Assembly (NCBI GenBank): GCA_040954595.2
Contig: CM082578.2
Location: 7,487,519 to 7,551,518, forward strand
DNA: 64,000 nt
Source: Balanoglossus misakiensis
Taxonomy: Eukaryota > Animalia > Hemichordata
Direction: 5' to 3'
The notes beneath the pieces are model-generated. The model worked only from the letters and a program-made list of their open reading frames with translations, was not told where the DNA came from and did not search any database. Positions 37,762 through 64,000 of the stretch are shown here, piece after piece; positions within the stretch are counted from its first letter, which is position 1, and every line of letters begins with the position of its first letter. The translations under genes were made by a program, and so were the position numbers.

Positions 37762-40130
37762 TGTTCTATGCCGAAATATTTCCGACATAGTTTTTTAACC
37801 ATGATCCGCATCATAGACATCGTATCTGTAGCTCATACAGTCTATATAGCTGACTGTGCGTTTTTGAAGACTGCGTCTAGGTGGGGGAAGCGATGCACAG
37901 TTGACGTCCCCCCCCCCCCCCATTAAACATTTCTGTATACAGAAAAGATCCCTTGTTTATATCCATAGAAATGCTCACGTCAGCCACATGCGTCAACAGA
38001 TAGGAGTCTTTCAGTTCTTACGAGACCACATTTACACATTTTGGCCACAGTCCAATTTTCCAGAGCGTTTGCCGTTTCATTAACGATTGCTGCACCAGGA
38101 TGTATGGTCATATATAGGGGTATAGGTCGACGACGGCCTATTGCGTACAATTCTTCGGTGAGCCGCTATGAAGACCATTCTTTTTTACTGTAACATGTCA
38201 TAAGTAAACATGGACATCTTGTGTGTAACGCGGGTATGTTCAGCCCACGGCTTGTTTCACGAACTTTACGACCGTAGTCAGTCGTTCATGTACGATATCA
38301 TCCTTTGTACAATGATGAGTCAGCGAACACTTTTACTTCAAAAAAGTATTCTGATATTCTATTACAAGTAAATTTTACTTAATTGCCTGACAGGGCAAAG
38401 ACATGCGTATCTCAGCTATATTGTAAACAGTACTCAGCTAGACACTTGGCAATTTTCAAAATGTAAATATATTTTAATGAATTATTGAAATATGTAGCAA
38501 GGAAGATTCCATTAGATATATAGTATTTTTATATTCAGTGTTGAAGATAGTCATTTACATATATTTTTTTCAGTCTTTTGTGCCGAAAATATATCAGCGA
38601 TAGTTTGTAGGTACTTGACAGACATTCCTTTGGGATGTGACGTCATTATTCGACGTTTGGTAAGCCGTCCGTCCATAAACTTGCTCTCGGAAAACTTATA
38701 TGAAGAAATATAATAAAATATCACTATTTTACGATAACTATACCACAGCATAGTGTCTTCTCTTTCGAATGGAGTGATGATTCAGTCAAGATTTTCATGG
38801 GGTGCGCGTCAGCACCAAGATTCACGGTGAAGAATGTGCGTTTAATTGACTGAGTCACTGTTACGGGCCACGGTTTCCAACAGAGACATCGAAGACACGC
38901 AGGTATGTACATGTACATGTAAAATTGACAACTTCTCAAAAATGAGCCTAAACCTCTGACATGCAACGGAGTTGACACCATGTATACAATAACATGGGCA
39001 TGACGGGTAATGATCCTTCAGGACAGTAGTCCCACATCACCGTCATTACAGTCCGGCAAAGCAAATATTGGTATATGAGATTAAGGTCGAAAGTGTCCCG
39101 TTGATAGCTCTGACACGATTTGATTGTCAGTCCGTTGCCGGTCTGGAGAACTCGGAGTCGGATTTTGGGGGAACGGTCCAACGACTGTAACTCTTTCGTT
39201 GCTTCCGTTGAAAGTTCGTTCGTCGCGTTCAAAATGATTTTAGCGTAATGCTGTCGTCAAAACTGTTCACAATTCAAAATTGTCATTTCTACTACCAATT
39301 TACACAATGAGCTGGAAGCGCAAAATTTAGTTGATTGCAGTTTTAATTCAAACATATATTTTCATAATTAATGTTATTGGACAAAGTCATTCAATTCTGT
39401 TTTCATTATTGTACTATAATCGAAGCTGTGTAACTATATGTATAAAGCACATTAGTATGTGCACACACGTTATGCGGCTTGGTTTTGATCAATGTGGGGC
39501 ATCTAAAATTCCTTTTTGGCCGAGTGAAGACTAGCGGGAGGAAAGGGCCTTCTCTGTAGTCATGACTCAAAGCATTGTAGCGTTACTACTCAACAGAGAA
39601 GCGTCGATAAAGAAGCTGTCTTCGATTGCCAAAGTATTTCATTGGATAGCATTCATCGTCGCAGATAATAGGCTTTAGATGAACGACTTCATGACAGGCC
39701 CTATACAATATTCATTCTGTCAGTGTATAGAAATTCACTGTGTAAATCCAACAATTATATATTGCGTTGTTATTGACAGTAAGTCCGTGTAATTTGAGAG
39801 GGTCTTACCACATGCCGTGTCATACACACGGCAACAACGCCAACGCCGGGTAAATCTCACGAACACTGTTGACCGGGAATGAACTCCTGGTGTCCCGAAG
39901 GCCGATTTAATGTACGGCGACTGGAGGACGCACCGACTGTATGTATAGAAAGGTTAAGGATAAAGTTCTGGTGCTAGGCACTGCATTGGCAAAGCGACCG
40001 CTATCAGGAAGCTGAAGGTCCGGAACTCTATGTTCTGGGGCAGAATGTGCGAACTGGACTATTTGCACATACGTACCGAAGAAATTTTGGGTTTACCAAA
40101 TGAAAATTTGATTAAAACGTTTGTAAAATA

Positions 40131-40261
40131 ATGTGATGTGTTGTGTGGTGTTGTGGCGTGGTGCGATGTGGCGTGGTGTGTGGTGTGATGTGATGTGATG
40201 TGATGTGATGTGATGTGATGTGATGTGATGTGATGTGATGTGATGTGATGTGATGTGATGC
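40131..40261. repeat. (GTGAT)n pentanucleotide microsatellite with a degenerate left part
   Basis: Directly visible; source of the HHITS-repeat ORFs. Confidence 0.95.
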
Positions 40262-40859
40262 GCATTGTAACCTATACTGTGATGACGACTGTTCTATATT
40301 AAAGTCATATCCTAAAGAGTTCATGTGGGAGACACGTTACGTGGTCGCATTACTCGAGTGAGATCGTGACATAATCCCGAGAAAGTTGAATTTTGTGCTC
40401 TGTCGAGCACGGCAGCCAAAAAATATCGGACATTGGTTAATCCCGCTACAGGGAGTGTTGCCATTATATCAGTTGAAAGGATGGTCCTGAATAGATGTGC
40501 GGGCCGAAGAATCGTCTTCTCGGACTCGTATATGAATTTCGCAAGGTGTTACTCACAACGGGAGATTAGGCTACATAGAGGGATCTGACCTGTAATGCAG
40601 TCGAGGGCAGGGCCCGCACAAAACCGGTATCCGTGTATTGAAATCGTGCATAAAAACAAACAATTGACGTTCTACTATTTTGAAAGCGAAGCTGGTCTCC
40701 GGTTACGCGTCTTATCATTCACCTGGTAACAAGGGCAACAGGCTGTACCAAAAAAAGTTTCCCCGCGCGCTAACATTTTTTTCGGAATCGTGAGCTCAGC
40801 AAGTCGACTCCGATATGCTCGGTTGCCGCTGTAAATAAGCAAAGAGGAAAACTTCCAAG

Positions 40860-62913
<22,054 letters not shown>

Positions 62914-63668
62914 CAGTCCCGTTCACTAGTACATACCCGAGACGAAACAGATATTTCAGAAATCTGAAGTCCTTCCTGTATATTTTGGACACATGATAAA
63001 ATGTTTGTCAATGCAGACGACCCCACGGGATGTTTTATGAACTTAAAAATAGGCACACAGTTATGATATGAATAGACACTGTCTCAAGTTGTCGAATTTG
63101 TCTTTTTCCATAGGATTACGTTTGCTAGAGACCTATTGACGTTTCTGCACATAGCTCAGCCGCTAGAAACTACATGTATATGGTCACCAACGGTGCCTAC
63201 TTAATCAAGTCATCTTGTAAGGATTGTGTCTATATGACAACGACTTGTTTCATCGTCCCAAATCTAGAACAGCAACCACAATATTTTGATGACAGTTATA
63301 CAGAAGTTTTGACAAGCAAATAACTTTTGCGCATGCATTCATGTATAAAAGTACATATGTACATATTTTGAGTTTTAAAGATCACCATTGTTTGCAATAT
63401 TCATAATTATACTATACATGCAAACATGAATGTAAATATGTATATATCTGTAGCTATTTGTCATTTTTATGTGTATATAATACATATCAGGAATATATAT
63501 CTTATTGAGAACGTGTCACTTTTAATAGAGATTAATATAATTGATGTGTGGTTATTGAAAATAACTCGTAAAGTTATTTATTAATGAATTAAAACTGTTA
63601 CATTTTAACCCCTTGTGTGTACTCTGATGTCATGCGTGTGTGTGTGTGGTACATGTGTATCTGGTATT

Positions 63669-63703
63669 CTCTTTCGGAGGATGTGGTGGCCCTGAAAAGG
63701 GCC
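63669..63703 (-). terminator. Histone mRNA 3' stem-loop plus downstream element of the second H1 gene
   Basis: GGCCCTTTTCAGGGCC at 63703-63688 followed by ACCACATCCTCCGAAAGAG; identical to the signal at 51177-51211. Confidence 0.95.
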
Positions 63704-63727
63704 ATTTTGGTTTGGATTTAAGTATCT

Positions 63728-64000
63728 TTACAAACATAACTTCCTGGTGGCCTTCGATTTCTTGGGTCCCTTGTTGGTCGACTTCTTTGTTGAAGGTTTC
63801 TTCGCTGATGTCTTTTTCACCTTGCCTGTCGTTTTAGTTTTCCCCGTTTTCTTGGTAGATGTCTTGTTTGTCGTTTTCTTGGCATCTTTCCCTTTCTTCG
63901 CTGTCTTCTTCTCTTTTGGTTTAGTGGCTGACGGTTTGCTTTTCTTGGGTTTCTTGGCGTCCTTCGCTTTCTTGGGCGATTTCTTCTCCTTTGGCTTCTT
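63728..64000 (-). CDS. H1: Second histone H1 gene, C-terminal tail only (5' part beyond the right edge)
   Basis: Open frame KKPKEKKSPKKAKDAKKPKKSKPSATKPKEKK...KKSKATRKLCL-stop. It starts with a near-exact match to KKPKEKKTPKKAKDAKK of the nested H1 and is followed by a histone stem-loop. Not in the ORF track because no start codon lies in the window. Confidence 0.9.
   Translation of the reverse strand, partial: KKPKEKKSPKKAKDAKKPKKSKPSATKPKEKKTAKKGKDAKKTTNKTSTKKTGKTKTTGKVKKTSAKKPSTKKSTNKGPKKSKATRKLCL

Overview
Animal (invertebrate-like, intron-rich, GT-AG spliced) genomic DNA containing a tandem cluster of three paralogous giant non-classical cadherin genes and two replication-dependent histone H1 genes. 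Gene A (minus strand, ATG 8157, 10 exons visible, runs off the left edge) is head-to-head with gene B (plus, 10353-37761, 53 exons, about 4128 aa, about 36 cadherin repeats). Gene C follows (plus, 40860-62913, 27 exons, about 2788 aa, about 23 repeats). The exon models were assembled by hand; splice phases are consistent throughout, and the B and C exon sums are multiples of 3. The three genes share intron positions and phases. Gene C ends in FSGRAVDPVSGKVYEYNTETGVRRW, which resembles the cytoplasmic motif I recall from vertebrate CDHR3/CDHR4, so these look like greatly elongated CDHR3/4-like cadherins rather than Fat or clustered protocadherins. The most striking structure is in gene B: its atypical N-terminal domain (single-copy in A and C) is expanded to 14 copies. 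Each copy is a 188-nt plus 133-nt exon pair with phase 1-0-1, the copies follow a three-type periodicity, and one 2.36-kb triplet is a very recent duplication. These domains replace several Ca2+-ligand motifs with a conserved Cys pair. One H1 gene is nested antisense in intron 13 of gene C, and a second lies tail-to-tail at the right edge. No database searches were run; family assignments rest on recalled motifs.
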